A DNA stretch of 64,000 bases. It comes from Octopus sinensis (lineage: Eukaryota). The notes beneath the pieces were generated by a model. It saw nothing but the letters and a program-made list of their open reading frames with translations, was not told the DNA's origin and did not search any database. Positions 1 through 13,831 of the stretch are shown in pieces; position 1 is the stretch's first letter, and each line of letters begins with the position of its first letter. A program made the position numbers and the translations under genes. Location: NCBI RefSeq assembly GCF_006345805.1, contig NW_021832409.1, positions 1 through 64,000 on the forward strand, in the 5' to 3' direction.

Positions 1-39
1 TAGACGGAAACGGAAAGAAGCCTGACTTATATATGTATG

Positions 40-86
<47 letters not shown>

Positions 87-300
87 TTGTGTGTCTGTAT
101 TTGTCTCCCCAACATCGCTTGACAACCCATACTGGTGTGTTTACGTCTCCGTAATTTAGCGGTACGGTAAAAGGAACCGATAGAATAAGTACTAGGCCTA
201 CAAAGAATAAGTCCTGAGATCGATTTGCTCGACTAAATGCGGTGCGCCAGCATGGCCACAGTCAAAAACTGAAACAAGTATAAACAAAAGAAAAAGAAAA
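1..300 (+). mobile_element. SINE family A, 3' part with internal (TA)/(TG) microsatellite
   Basis: Shares blocks (gacggaaac..gaaagaagcc, gatagaataagtac, tgcggtgc.ccagcatggcc.cagtc..actgaaacaagta) with copies at 378-803, 13832-14242 and 61540-61992. Confidence 0.75.
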
Positions 301-377
301 AAGATTTACACCCACAAAACCATAGATGTATGCATTCTCTCTGTGTAGTCCTTTCTACACTTTTAGATTTCTCTAAA

Positions 378-558
378 TTGTGGAGTGTGTGGTTGTGTCG
401 TAGGCAGCCTGCTTCCCAAGCACATAGTTCCAGTTTCGGTCCCACCACGTGGCACCTTAGGTAGATGTGTCCTAATATAGGCTCAGGCCGACAAAAGTTT
501 TGTACGTGGAATTGTAAGCTAGAAACTGAAAGAAGCCCGTCACATGCGTGTATGCGTA

Positions 559-589
<31 letters not shown>

Positions 590-803
590 ATGCGTGTGCA
601 TTTGTGCCCCAATACCGCTTGTCAACCGGTGTTGCTGTGCTTTCGTCCCCATAACTTACGTTTCGAAAACAGAGACCGATAGAATAAATACCAGCCTTAA
701 CAGACAATAAGTACTGGGATCGATTCGTTTGACTAAAAATTTGTGAATGCGGTGCCCCAGCATGGCCGCAGTCTAATGACTGAAACAAGTAAAAGATAAA
801 AGG
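378..803 (+). mobile_element. SINE family A, near full length, tRNA-like head
   Basis: Degenerate pol III A/B-box-like head (tggttgtgtcgtagg...gtttcggtccc), central (TG)n and the shared 3' tail. Confidence 0.75.
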
Positions 804-858
804 TAAGCTATTTATTTAGAAACTGTTATACAACTAATCAGTGTGTCTTTTACATATA

Positions 859-1073
859 CGAGAGGGCGCTAGAAAGTTCCTCTCTTTGGGTGCCAAATTA
901 CAAGGGAATCATTTAATTATGATTTTATTCAACATATTACCCTGCAAGATTCACACAGTAATTGCAGCGGCTCTTCAGTTTTTCTAAGCCCTGTAAAATA
1001 ACTCAGACGTTTGGGCCTCCAACCAGGCTTTCCACGACACCCTTAAAGTCAGAAACTTTCCAGCACCCCATTG
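859..1073. mobile_element. Mariner-derived MITE (~215 bp)
   Basis: Imperfect TIRs cgagagggcgctagaaagtt / aactttccagcaccccattg, each flanked by TA. Confidence 0.6.
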
Positions 1074-1283
1074 TACATACTTATGCATGCACGTTGGTTT
1101 ACATGTGTCGTACCTTGATACTGTGTGGACTGAGATACTGTTGACAGGCCAGCCATTGTTATTAAATTAAGTCTTAACCACTTTAATATGCTATTTACTA
1201 GTTTCACTTTTCTGAGGATACTGGATTTGTTGTATATAGAAACGGATTGACAACTTTTCTCTCTCGGATTGGTGAGGTGTTGC

Positions 1284-1336
1284 AGACACCTCTGATGAGA
1301 ATGCAATAAGTTTCGAAAATCGTGTAAGGATGGTCT
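1284..1336 (+). ncRNA. Degenerate type I hammerhead ribozyme motif
   Basis: cct-CTGATGA-gaa..ttc-GAAA-atcgtg-TA-agg; stems I and II can pair, stem III is damaged. Confidence 0.5.
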
Positions 1337-1536
1337 TCACTTATTTTCATTCTATAAAGAAATAGTTATATTTCTCCTGTTTACATGTCTACTACGTAAT
1401 TTTACTTTAACTTAATCTATATAAACACAGTGATAGAATTACAGATGTATAAAGATATATATTAAATATATGTATATATATATACATAAACTTTTGTTAG
1501 TCTTGTATTATATAAAGAGCATTAAAATTTATATAT

Positions 1537-1586
1537 CGGTAAATTAAGTTTCATACCCAATTAAAATTCAAGCAATCATCAGACGC
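1537..1586 (-). ncRNA. Degenerate hammerhead ribozyme motif
   Basis: Minus strand reads cgt-CTGATGA-ttgcttgaatt..aattgggtat-GAAA-ctt; stems I and III are eroded. Confidence 0.4.
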
Positions 1587-2767
1587 TAGAAACAATATCT
1601 TGAAAATATATTCCAAAACTAATTACATATTAAGTAAAAAAAAATTAGTTTATACATAGCTGTTGTACAGAGTATATACAGTCTTATATGTGTACTTCCA
1701 CCGACAGAATGAAATCAAATGACAGTTATTTAAATTGGATAAAATTGCAAATTTTCTCACTCTTTCATTCTTTTCTTTTACCGTTGCTAAGGCAGAATAT
1801 TCTAAACTACTTTTACTATCACGTTTTATATTTGTCCTTTTTGGTGCCTTCTTCAGAATTAAATCCGCTCTCTGACCGCTGCTAACCGAAATTTATTGCA
1901 AGTAGCTATTAATCTTTTTTAACTGCTTCCGCTGATAAGAGAACTGCTGGCCTACTTTACGCGCATAAAGAATTTTGTTTGGAATGATATTCACGCCCTA
2001 TTTCTATCAAATAGAAATATATTTTAATTTCTATCGAATGTTCTGCCTACAAAGATAAAAGAAATATTCTTGGGATTTTATTTAATTTGAACCGTTGTTC
2101 ATGCGATTTAATTCTCTCCGAATATCATATACAATTCGGACCATGATACACACAATGCAAGATCTACAAGTACGGATTTCAAATTGTCTCTATATTCCTT
2201 ATTGAAATATAATACTTGTTTGATATTTATGGAGATTTGGATAAGAACGATGCAATGACCGGCATTAAAGAGAAAAATTACATCTATCTGTGTACGAAAA
2301 GATAAAAGCCGTTTTACATTCCTCTGCGCCAAAGAAAACAGCAAACTTCCCAGACATATCAGGTAAAATTATCTCTATTGAAAAAGTAAAAAGCCCCATC
2401 TATTTCATTATTTGCTCTATGTTTAAAACTGAGGAGGCAGCTATAGTACAAGTTGAAATTGTCGGTAAACTCCGTATAAAAGACTTAGAAGACAACACGG
2501 GCTGATTAATGGTTAGCAGTAACCTTTATGTCGCAGTACGGTAAAATGGACAAAACAGACACGACGTAGACTTCGAAGTTTTGATAATTCCCCTGATGGC
2601 TACGGAGTAATACCAGAACTGTGCCCAGAAAAGCGTGGAAACTAACCGAAAGCAACTTATGATACAGGGAATAGTTGAATGCTACGAAGAATTAAGAAAA
2701 TTAAACAAGGAAAAGCGAACTTAAGGAAGAACAATAGCAACAATGAGATTAAATCTCAGTTTCCAGA

Positions 2768-2857
2768 GAATCACCATCCAAATGTCTTGCATCCAAGGAA
2801 TCACCAACCAAATGTCTTGCATCCAAGGAATCACCAACCAAATGTCTTGCGTCCAAG
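2768..2857 (+). repeat. 30-bp minisatellite, 3 copies
   Basis: gaatcacca(a/t)ccaaatgtcttgc(a/g)tccaag repeated three times. Confidence 0.9.
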
Positions 2858-2914
2858 TATCATAAATATATAAGGAAAACATTTTCTCTCCTAATAATAT
2901 CAGTCATAGTACAA

Positions 2915-3214
2915 TACATTCATCACAAGATGAGGAAGCAGGTATTGTTTTCAGTCGTATTTGTTTGACCGTGGACAAGAATCTCAAGAACTGCTGGATG
3001 GATTCAGATGAAACTTTCAGTGATGTTTGGCCACATAACTGGCACGAGCTGATTAGAATTTGGGAACGATCCAGTACCAGACAAGGATTCTGGATTATTT
3101 TTGGGAGCGGTCGGTTTCATTTTTAGTACTCTTGTTTATTTTAAAAATCATCTCTGGCTAATCATTGAGAGGTGTTGGCTTGGCGGAATGTTGCGCTCAC
3201 TGAGGGCTCTTGTT
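2915..3214 (+). mobile_element. Non-autonomous Helentron/HINE (DINE-1-like) element
   Basis: ggtattgttttcagtcg..gtttg..ggatggattcagatgaaactt body; 3' cttggcggaatgtt followed by short hairpin gcgctc-act-gagggc and cttgtt. Confidence 0.55.
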
Positions 3215-3231
3215 CTTTTATGTGTTAACTT

Positions 3232-3500
3232 AAACTTCTTTCAGTCATTAGACTGCAGTCATGCTGGGGTACCATCTTCAAGAGTTTAGCCGAACAAATG
3301 GACATCAGTGTTTATTTTTTAAGACTGGCGCTCATAGAATCGGCTTCTTTTGTCGAACCATTAGGTTACTGAGACATAAACAAAACAACACCAGTTGCCA
3401 AGTGGTGGTGGTAGTGGTGGGTGATGGTGATGGTAGGAGGAGAAACTCAAGCATAAATTCATACATATATGTGTGTGTCTGGGAATGCATGTATATGGAT
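3232..3500 (-). mobile_element. SINE family A, partial
   Basis: Reverse complement of the family A tail (tttcagtcattagactgcagtcatgctgggg). Confidence 0.6.
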
Positions 3501-3963
3501 ACATAAACGTGAGTGTGTGTGTAACAGTACTCTTTCTGTCGCTATTAACTATTTTGTCACCAAGTCTGTTGACTATTTACGACTGTGCCTGGAATTTTAT
3601 ATATGATTGACAGTGTTATTCTGCTGACTGATGTCTCCCGCAGAGGTAATCGGACAGGTAGAAATCACATAATCTGGCAGCTGCTGCGCCGGCAGCAGAC
3701 AATTCTCGTCTGCCAATGATATGACTATGTGTGCCTTTATGCACCAAAAGTCCATATAAGAGGTTCTGACATGGACAATGACAGAAAAATAGTTTGATGA
3801 AATTTTATTTCACAATAACAGAATTCTAATATCACGACAAACTGTTGCTAAATTAAAGGAGAATTTTTATGAGTATTACCGTATTACTTGAATCCACATA
3901 TTGTGGCTTAATTATATATATATACATATATATTTATACTCTATATATATATATATATATATA

Positions 3964-4021
<58 letters not shown>

Positions 4022-5025
4022 GATATATATATATTATTATAATAATATATATATATATATATATATAATATGTATATATATATATAATCTTATGTAAACG
4101 TTTATACGCTTCTACCTACTTTCAATAAACGAATTATATACACACAAGCTATGGTTGTCCAGGTCTATAGCACAAAACACTTGTCTACGTTGTCGCGCAG
4201 TTGGATTAGAAAGTAAGAGAGGAGCAAATCAGAAAATGTCATACATCGGAAAAATATTCAGCACCTACAAAAAAGAAGCAAATTCGATATAAATGGTTGA
4301 GACGAAGATGAACGATGTTTCACTGTTCTTCGAAAATCAAGCAAATTTCCAATAGACAAAATTATTCGTTCAGAATTTGTACTAATGACATACAAACAGA
4401 TAGGTTCAAAATAAACCATATGCAAAAGATAGACTGCTCGTAAAATTAAAATCAATACATACTATGGAACTTCAAAAAAGGAATATCTTCTACTGATACT
4501 AGAAGGTTTAAGCATCAAATGCTTAATAGTTCATTCGGACGGAGTTTAAGAAGTGATAACAGGAACAGGGTCATTGAGTGCCCAGATCAACCTAACCGGA
4601 AATCTTTGAATGTTTTATTTTCTTCAAATATCTTGTTTTAAGTGCGACCGGTGTTGGTTTGCTTGGGTCCCCACAACTTAGCGTTTCTTCAAAACAGACT
4701 TGATAGTATAAGTGGCAAAACTATAAAAAAAATTAATAAAAGCACTGGCTTCGGTTCCTTCAGCTAGAACCCTTCCGGGAAGTACTCTGAAGGGCACAGC
4801 ATGCAGTACAATAACTGAAACAAGTAAACGTGAGAATATAAGAGATTGCACAACAAGCTTATTTATCGTTCAATTTATAAACGAAAGAGAACTGTTGTGA
4901 AACAATTTAAATTGTCTTTGATGAAAGAGAAAATAAAATATTTTTCTCGTCGACGTCGATCATGCTAATGGTAATATAATGTTATACAGGTAGCAGAGGC
5001 AAGAGCGAAGCTAGTAGTAGTAGTA

Positions 5026-5056
<31 letters not shown>

Positions 5057-5141
5057 AGTAGTAGTAGTAGCAGTAGTAGTAGCAGCAGCAGCAGTAGTAG
5101 TATTTTCATGTGTTGTTTTGGCCGTGTATAACTTTTTTGCT

Positions 5142-5536
5142 GTGGAGGCTCAATGACCCAGTGACTAGGCATCGGACTCGCGGTCGTAGGATCGCGGTTT
5201 CGATACCCAGACCGGGCGGTGTGAGAGCTTATCGAGAGAAAACACCTAAAAGCTCCACGAGGATCTGGCAGCGTGGTTGGGGTGGCGAACCCTGAAGTAC
5301 TCTTCCACCACAAATTTCTCTCACACTTTCTTCGTGTTTCTGCTGTACCTGTATTTCAAAGGGGCCAGCCTTATCACACTCTGTGTCGTGCGGAATCTCC
5401 TTGAGAACTACATTAAGGGTATACGTGTCTGTGGAATACTCGGCCAAATTAAATTGCACGTTAATTTCACAAGCAGGTTGTTCCGCTGATCAGATCAACT
5501 GGAACTCACGTCGTCGCAACCGACGGAGTGCACAAG
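5142..5536 (+). mobile_element. SINE family B (tRNA-like head), copy 1
   Basis: Head with B-box-like ggtttcgataccc; tail gtcgtcgcaaccgacggagtgc; duplicated at 5728-6123. Confidence 0.65.
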
Positions 5537-5727
5537 TATATATTGTTTCTTGCTATTTTCTAGTCATAATTTTCGTTCTCTATTGGTTTTCCTATGTTTT
5601 GCTTGAATATTTTTTTATTCTTATCGATGATTTTATTGTTGTTATAGTTGGTTATTGATAAATTAACAGCAGCAGCAGTAGTAGTATTTTCATGTGTTGT
5701 TTTGGCCGTGTATAACTTTTTTTGCTG

Positions 5728-6123
5728 TGGAGGCTCAAGACCCAGTGCTACGCGCATCGGACTCGCGGTCGTAGGATCGCGGTTTCGATACCCAGACCGG
5801 GCGGTGTGAGAGCTTATCGAGAGAAAACACCTAAAAGCTCCACGAAGATCTGGCAGCGTGGTGGGGGTGGCGAACCCTGAAGTACTCTTCTTCCCCACAA
5901 ATTTCTCTCACACTTTCTTCGTGTTTCTGCTGTACCGTATTTTCAAGGGGCCAGCCTTATCACACTCTGTGTCGTGCGGAATCTCCTTGAGAACTACATT
6001 AAGGGTATACGTGTCTGTGGAATACTCGGCCAACTTAAATTGCACGTTAATTTCACAAGCAGGCTGTTCCGCTGATCAGATCAACTGGAACTCACGTCGT
6101 CGCAACCGACGGAGTGCCACAAG
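5728..6123 (+). mobile_element. SINE family B, copy 2 (within a ~585-bp tandem duplication)
   Basis: Near-identical to 5142-5536, including unique flanks. Confidence 0.65.
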
Positions 6124-6683
6124 TATATATTATTTTCTTGCTATTTTTTCTAGTCATAATTTTCGTTCTCTATTGGTTTTCCTATGTTTTGCTTGAATAA
6201 TTTTTTTATTCTTATCGATGATTTTATTGTTGTTATGGTTGGTTATTGATAAATTAACAGCAGCAGCAGTAGTAGTAGTAGTAGTAGTTGTTGTTGTTTT
6301 TGTAATAGCTGTCGTGTGTGGGTTTGCTGATCTTAAAAGTTGTTCTTGTTGTGGACGTTGTTTTTGTAATAAACAAGACGTTTTTCCGCTTCAATTCATT
6401 TTTGGCAATATTTTGAGAAAGCAGACGATTTTGCGTGTTAATCAATATATAAATGAGGCAAAAAGAACATTCAAAAACAAAAAGAAAAACCAGCGCATCA
6501 TTATCAGCAGCAGCAGCCTCAGCATCATTACTTCTAAACTACACTCTCTCCCACGCCACAACGTTACTCTCAGTTTTCCTAATTCTACATGGCACTCTCT
6601 GATTCTGTTGCTCTCTCTGCCTCTCCTTGTTCGCGCACACACGCGTACACACACACGCAGACACATACACGCACACACACATA

Positions 6684-7255
6684 TCTATATATATAAAACT
6701 GAGAATGTGTGTGTGTCTGTTTGTTTGTCTGTGTGAATCCCTAAAACTTGAGAACTACACAACCAATTTCATTCAAATTATTCACATGCCTTACTTAGGG
6801 TCCAGGGAGTGTCATGGGCAAAAAACCTTTTTAGGTTTTTGCCTAGGATGAGCCCACAGCAATATCATATCTTCTCCACTATGAATCCCTAAAACTTGAG
6901 AACTACACAACCAGTTTCATTCAAACTTTACACATGCCTTACATAGGGTCCATGTAGTGTCATGGGCAAATATATTTTTAACTTCTTGCCTAGGGCGAGC
7001 CCACAACAATATCATATCTTCTCTAATAGTTCAGTATTACGTGTTAAAAGTGAAACAAAAAAATCTCTCTATTGTAATGTCAGATACTTTCACTTTAATA
7101 CTGAAACAATTAAAGTCAAACTATTATATAAGAGGGATGAACCATTAACAGTGGACATCCATTTTGCTAGAAGAAGATCCGCTATGGTTTCAAATGCTAC
7201 ACCACTGGTTTTCAATTCATATTAATCAAATTAATATTGAATTTCTCACCCTTAT
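6684..7255 (+). mobile_element. Non-autonomous Helitron-like element with internal ~150-bp tandem repeat
   Basis: 5' TCTATATATATAAAA start then a GTCT-type microsatellite; tgaatccctaaaacttgagaactacacaacca unit occurs at ~6734 and ~6882; no clear 3' CTAG end seen. Confidence 0.55.
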
Positions 7256-7421
7256 TATTTTAAATTTAAATTTAAACCAAGGACCATGTGTTTTGGAACG
7301 AAGTTTGTTACCACACAGCCACACCTGCACCCATGTATGTGTGTGTGTATGTGTGTATAGCTGTATATGTATACATTCATTTCTATACATATAGATGTAT
7401 ATATATAAACGTATATGTGTA

Positions 7422-7465
<44 letters not shown>

Positions 7466-7557
7466 TGTACATGTAATATGTACAAATATATATTCACATA
7501 TATACATGCATACATATATACACCCATATACACATAGACACACACACACACATACAT

Positions 7558-7825
7558 AGGTTCAGATGTGGCTGTGTGGTAATAAACTTCGTTCCAAAAC
7601 ACATGGTCCTGGGTTCAGTCCCACTGTGTGGTGACTTGGCATGTGTCTTCTGCTATAGCCTCAGACCAACGAAAGACTTGTCAGTGGTTTTGTAGACAGA
7701 AACTGAAAGAAATCAATCGTATATATATATATGTATGTATATATTTAAGTGTATGTGTGTGACTTTGTTTCTGTGTTTCACCCTCATCACTGCTTCACAA
7801 CTGCTGTTCGTTTATTTACATCAGA
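7558..7825 (+). mobile_element. SINE family A, 5' half
   Basis: tggctgtgtggtaa (A box) and gggttcagtccc (B box) head, then agacagaaactgaaagaa. Confidence 0.7.
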
Positions 7826-7875
7826 GTATACTTCCTATGAGCGAAGAATGTGTCTGCAAGAAGACATGTACCAAG

Positions 7876-8235
7876 AATGATAAAAATCGAACATCCAATC
7901 AACATCATGTTTGGTGTGATAACTAATGATAGTGAGGTTATGCATCCATTCTTCATTCCACATGGCCTATCACTCAATACAGAGACCTACATCAAGTGCC
8001 TGGAGGAAGTAGTGCTACTATGAGCGAAGAGGGTGTCTGCAAGAAGACCCTATGTCTGGCAACAAAACTCTATACCACTCCACACAAGCAGGAGAACAAA
8101 GTCATGGCTGTCAGACAATTTCTGCGATCACATCACTCCTAGCATCTGGCTACCTAACGTCCCAGACCGCAACCTCCTTCACTATCATGTGAGAGGTGCA
8201 CTTCAGTGAGAGACCAATAAAACCATTCGTAAATA
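7876..8235 (+). pseudogene. Tc1/mariner transposase fragment (DD37D/maT-like)
   Basis: Hand translation across frameshifts gives ..LNTETYIKCLEEVVL..RRPYVWQQNS..HTSRRTKSWLSDNF..IWLPNVPDRNLLHY, resembling WQQDSAPCH...WPPNSPDCNPLDY. Confidence 0.65.
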
Positions 8236-8279
8236 GAGAGACTAAAAAATCTGCTCGTGAGTAGAAATGAATATTACAA

Positions 8280-8482
8280 AGGTGGCGAAATGCTTAGCGG
8301 TATTTCGTCTGCCGCTACGTTCTGAGTTCAAATTCCGCGGAGGTCGACTTTGCTTTTCATCCTTTCGGGGTTGATTAAATAAGTACCATTCAATCACTGG
8401 TGTCAATGTAATCGACTTAATCCCCTTCTTTGTCATTGTTTGTCCCTTTTATGTTTAACCCCCTGTGGGCAATAAAGAAATA
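8280..8482 (+). mobile_element. SINE family C
   Basis: gcgaaatgcttagcggtatttcgtc..acgttctgagttcaaattccgc.gaggtcgactttgc core, shared with many other copies in the window. Confidence 0.8.
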
Positions 8483-8751
8483 AATCATTTTTATAATCTG
8501 TTCCAGAGCTAACCACGAAAATGACATGTTCACCCGTACCTAAATTTATGATCCTTTGGTTTGTAACCAGTTTGATAAGTGCTGGCGTACAAAACCAGCC
8601 GTGCAGTGGGATTGAAACCGAAACAAAAATGTTACACGCAAATTCATGAAATTCCCACATTTTCCTCAATCCGGTGCTCCTGCATGGCCGTAGTCCATTG
8701 ACTGAAACAAGAAAAAGAAAGATGATACAAGGAATACGAAGGTAAATTATA

Positions 8752-8963
8752 ATCTTTTCTACTCTAAGCACAAGGCCCGAAATTTTGGGAGGAGGGGCAA
8801 GTCGATTAGATGGATTCCAGTGCTTAACTGGTACTTAATTTATCAACCCCGAAAGGATGAAAGGCAAAGTCAACCTCGGCGGAATTTGAACTCAGAACGT
8901 AAAGACGAAATACCGCTAAGCATTTCGCCCGGCGTGCTAATGTTTCGGCCAGCTCGCCGCCTT
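8752..8963 (-). mobile_element. SINE family C
   Basis: Reverse complement of the same core, with head ggcggcgagctggccgaaacattagcacgccgggcg. Confidence 0.8.
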
Positions 8964-9252
8964 AAGGTAAATTATAATATCGTGAGCATCAGACCGTTTG
9001 GATTTTAAGTGTATTGTTGAATAAAAACCATCCATATATCGACCACATATATATTTTAACATTTTACACGTAGAAGGACGCGAAGTGCATGTTTATATAT
9101 ACACTCAGACACACCCATACATCAATCTGTGTGTGTGCAAGCATGCATGTGTGTGTGCGTCAATATATACACAAGCATTCTTATGCACGTATACATGTGT
9201 GCATGTGTATGCATTATATGTATATAGAGACACACAGACATATGCGCATTAG

Positions 9253-9341
<89 letters not shown>

Positions 9342-9440
9342 CAAACATACATGAATGTATAAACTCAGACTCGTACATGTGTATGCATGTATATATTTAC
9401 ATATATGTTTCTTTGTCTTCTTCTCTTCATTTGGATTATT

Positions 9441-9489
<49 letters not shown>

Positions 9490-9652
9490 ATATGTATATA
9501 TATGTGTGTGTGTGTATATTTCTTTACATATATAGAGGTGTGTGTTTGTGTGTGAGTTGTATACATTTATACGCACACATAATGCAAGAGTAATTTGTAT
9601 GTAGATAGGCTTACATATTTATAGGCTTATATAAATAAATAAATATATAAAT

Positions 9653-9709
<57 letters not shown>

Positions 9710-10277
9710 TGTACATATATATATATGTGTATATGTATATATATTCATATGCACGTGTCTGTGTATATATATATATGCTTATACCTCTCTCTATATATAT
9801 ACGTCTCTCTCTCTTCATATATATAAATATTTATATGTGTGTACACATAAATATGGGAAGTAAGTATGCCAAAGCCATTATAAAAAAAAACGCTGAAAAC
9901 AAATGCTTAATTACAACGGAAGTATAATTAATATTTCACCTTTAATCATTACAAGTTTCATGTAATAAAGAAAATCTGAAAGTAAGCATAATTTTCTAAA
10001 GAATTTATGAGGAAATCTTTCGAAATCCAATTAATACTGAGGTTAAAATTCCCATTGATCAAGGTCAGCTAATGATTGATATACTTAACATAAAATTTCC
10101 CTTAAAATGTCTCTACCACTGCGTGTAAAGTCTACACGCCTGATAGTGTATTTGTGAATTTTATTGAAGAAGAAATCTTTTACGGTTTTGGACGAGATAG
10201 TGTAAAAATAGATGAGAAATAATAGTGACGTGCTTTAGAAGCAGTTCAGCTGAAACAGAGTTCAGATTCATATCCTG

Positions 10278-10315
<38 letters not shown>

Positions 10316-10489
10316 GAATGAACCAATTATACACACGTAATGAGGAAGCTGTATATATATTATGTATGCATGTATATATATATATAATATATATATATAT
10401 ATACATATGTATAGATATATATATTTATATTTATATATACATATATATATACACACACACATATACACACACACATATATATATATGTG

Positions 10490-10533
<44 letters not shown>

Positions 10534-10589
10534 GCATATATATATGTATGTATATATATATGTATATATATATATATACATACATATAT

Positions 10590-13152
10590 AAACTTAGATA
10601 AACTTAGATATGTTTCGACCAAAGATTGGTCCAGGCCACGTCTAACTTAATAGCACCACCTGATAGGATTATCTAAGTCCTGTTTAAGTCAAGTTTTGTT
10701 TATCGTCCATTCAAATAGTGAGTTTTTGTTGGGTGAGTTGTATCCAATTATGGGTGGCTTATCTGGTATTCCTTGAAGGAATCTATCCAGACTCCGTTTA
10801 AAGTTGATGGGATCCTTTTCCTCTTTGATCTCTTTCGGGACAATGTTAAATAGGGCAGGGCCTGTTGAGGAAAAGAAATTATGTTGCAGTGTACATGTAT
10901 ACTGTTATCCTGAATTGGGCAGGGGACGTATGGCTCGTAGTCCCAGTCTTGGATGAACCTTGAAGCTAATGTTCAGGTCATTTGGGCAAATTTGGCGGTA
11001 TATTCTCCACATCGTACAAATGCTGTACCTCTCACAGCGCCGCTGGAGAGAGTAGAGTTTCAAGGCTTTAAGGCGATCCCAATAATCGAGAGCAGGCATG
11101 CCTTCAATTCGTTTAGTGAGTGCCCTCTGGGTTGATTCAATCCTCGAGATGTTTTGTCTTGTATGGGGAGACAACAGCGGGCAGCAGTATTCGAGGTGTG
11201 GCCGTACAAAGGAGGAGAAAAATGGTATGATGACACCTTGATCTCTGGACCGGAAAGTTCTTAAGATCCAGTAACTCATCCCACTAGCTATATCGACCTT
11301 CTTGTTGATGTCTGCACTCCAACAATTACACCCAGGTCTCTGATATTGTTAGAGGCTGTGAGTGGTTCCCCTGAAGAAAGAGAGTATGGCTGTTTTAGTG
11401 AGGAATTTCTTCCAAAATGCATCAGATCAAATTTTCCCTCGTTCAGTTGCATTTTGTTTCTGTCTGCCCATTGACTCACAGCATATAGATCAGACTGGAG
11501 TTGAGTTTGGTCTGTTTCTTCATTGATGATTTGCTGGAGCTTAGTGTCATCAGCAAATATTTTCACTTTGCAGTAATGTACGACACTGGAAAGATCGTTT
11601 ATGTAAATTATAAAGAGTAGCGGGCCCAAGACAGTCCCCTGAGGGACACCGCTGGTGACTTTTGATGGGCTTGAGTGGACTCCATCAACTACAACATGTC
11701 GTGTTCTATTCGCCAGGAAATACTTAATCAAGTGTAGAAGTTTTCCACGGATTCCAACATTTGCCAATTTTGAGAGTAGGATATTATGGTCAACACTTTA
11801 CTGAAGTCAAGATATATGACATCAGAGTTCGAACCTGTTCCCAAGGCTTTGAGTATATCTTCAATGTGGTGTAAGAGCTGTGTTAGACAGTCGCTGCCAC
11901 AGCGAAATCCATGCTGATTTGCATTTAGGAGTTTGTGGGTCTCTAGGAAGTCAGTTATCCTTGATCTTAATACTCTTTCAAGCACTTTAATGATGTGGGA
12001 GGTGAGTGAGATTGGGCGATAGTTGACTGCGTGGGATCTGTTTCCCTGTTTGAAAACCGGGATGACAGACTGGGATAGAAGCTGTTTCGGTATATAACCT
12101 GAATCTAACGAATTTCTCCAGAGGTTGGTCAGAGGGACTGCAAGTTGGTGTCTATATTCCTTCAGGAGACTAGCGGGGAATCTATCAGGGCCTACAGCAG
12201 AATAGTATTGACCTCATTTATTGCTGCTATGATGTCAGAGGCAGTGAAGGTTATGTCTGAGATTTTATGTTGGGAATCAACTTCGTTCGCTTCTCTTACG
12301 TCAATATTAGTGGGAACACTAATGCCAGAGCAGTATTGTTTCTGCAGTATTTCTGCCATTTCTTTAGCATCGTGTTGGGGAATGCCGTTATCATCAATCA
12401 ATGGCCCAATGGGTGAGACAGAGGTTCTATGCTTATTTGCATAAGAATAGAACACTTTTGGGTTCTGTTTGATGTTTTTAATTACCCACTGTTCCTCCAC
12501 AGCTCTTTGATTTTCAATGGAGGTTTTCATGTCGGTCTGCAGATGAAGTTTTTCCAACTCTAGCCTTTTCATTGTTGTTGAATGTGGATGTTGTATGTGG
12601 GAATATGTTAATTGGTTTAATTGGTAAATTTATTGAGTCTTTTGATGCGCCTGATGAGTGTTTTTTTTCTTTTTAGGGAGCCGGTTTCTGTTTGTTTTAG
12701 TAGATTTCGTGGGAGCGTGTTTAGAGCATGTATAGGTGACAATGTTCTCAAAGTGCTGCCATGCAGTCTCAATTTGGGTGGAATTGAGAGTAAAAGACCA
12801 GTCGATGAAAGACAGATCCTTTCTGATTGCTCCCCAGTCCGCTTTGTGGAAGTTTATGTTGTCAAATGAGTACCATGGAGTGGGATTGGCTGGTTTGGTT
12901 TTTATATGTCGGGAATTAAAATTGCAGAGTACCATGTCGTGGTCTGAGAAAAGAGTTTTTTCAACGGAAATATTGTGAACGAAGCTAGAGTGGTTGGTTA
13001 ATATTAGATCCAAGATCGTTTTAATCTGTCTTGTTGGTTCGAGCACTAGCTGAGTCAGGAAGAATTTATCCATTAGATTAAAGAGTAATTCTGCTGCTGC
13101 TTTATCTGATGTAGAGCATTTGCCTAACTTCAGAGTATTTGTGGGCCAGTTT

Positions 13153-13155
<3 letters not shown>
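10590..13155 (-). mobile_element. CR1-group LINE, 5'-truncated ORF2 pseudogene (APE endonuclease C-terminus plus RT)
   Basis: Frameshifted ORFs contain QLVLEPTR..ILDLILTN..FSDH, NYRPISLTSHIIKV, NQHGFR, IYLDFSK, SGVPQGTVLGPLLFIIYINDL, FADDTK, VRPHLEYC and LYSLQRR; 3' end is a short tandem tail (aaacttagat)x2; both ends abut (TA)n. Confidence 0.92.
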
Positions 13156-13196
<41 letters not shown>

Positions 13197-13286
13197 TATA
13201 TATATATATATACATATATATAAATACACACACACACATATATATACACACACACATATATATGTGTATATATATATATACATATA

Positions 13287-13350
<64 letters not shown>

Positions 13351-13831
13351 TATATATACATATATTATATATATATATATATATATAAGTAAATGGAGAA
13401 GAAAAATATATAGTGGATACTTGGTTACGTTTATGAGTATCACAAAGAAAAAGTAATATCTATAAGATTCAGTATATATATACATATATACGACGGGCTT
13501 CTTTTAGTTTCCGTCTAGAAGGCTTTGGTCACCCGGAGCTGATGGACCTGATCAAGAACAGAAATAATCAAAGAAATAACCAAATTAATGCCGGCATGTG
13601 TTTCAATCGGGCTTAAGGTTTGAATTATTAACATTCAAGCTATTTTAGATGTAAAAATCACACATTTAGTTAGATATCATCAAGGGATAGAGTGCACTTT
13701 CAGGTATATGTATTTGTTATCAATTCATCCTCGAGTAAGAGGTTTTGAAATTTTTTATTGAGCCGCTTTCCTTGTATGATGTATATGACGTTTCTTGCCG
13801 GATTTCCACTTCAGCGCATTGCTCCACATAC

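Noticed and set aside
1650-2700. Possible decayed Penelope RT on the minus strand (also 4250-4620 and 22380-22900)
   Set aside because: Only faint motif resemblance by eye; needs tblastn/HMM support before it can be called.
2768-2857. CRISPR-like 30-bp repeats
   Set aside because: Head-to-tail with no spacers, no cas genes, and a eukaryotic context.
9089-10650. Many [12 protein letters not shown] ORFs here and throughout the window
   Set aside because: Stop-free translation of (TA)n/(CA)n microsatellites; no coding signal.
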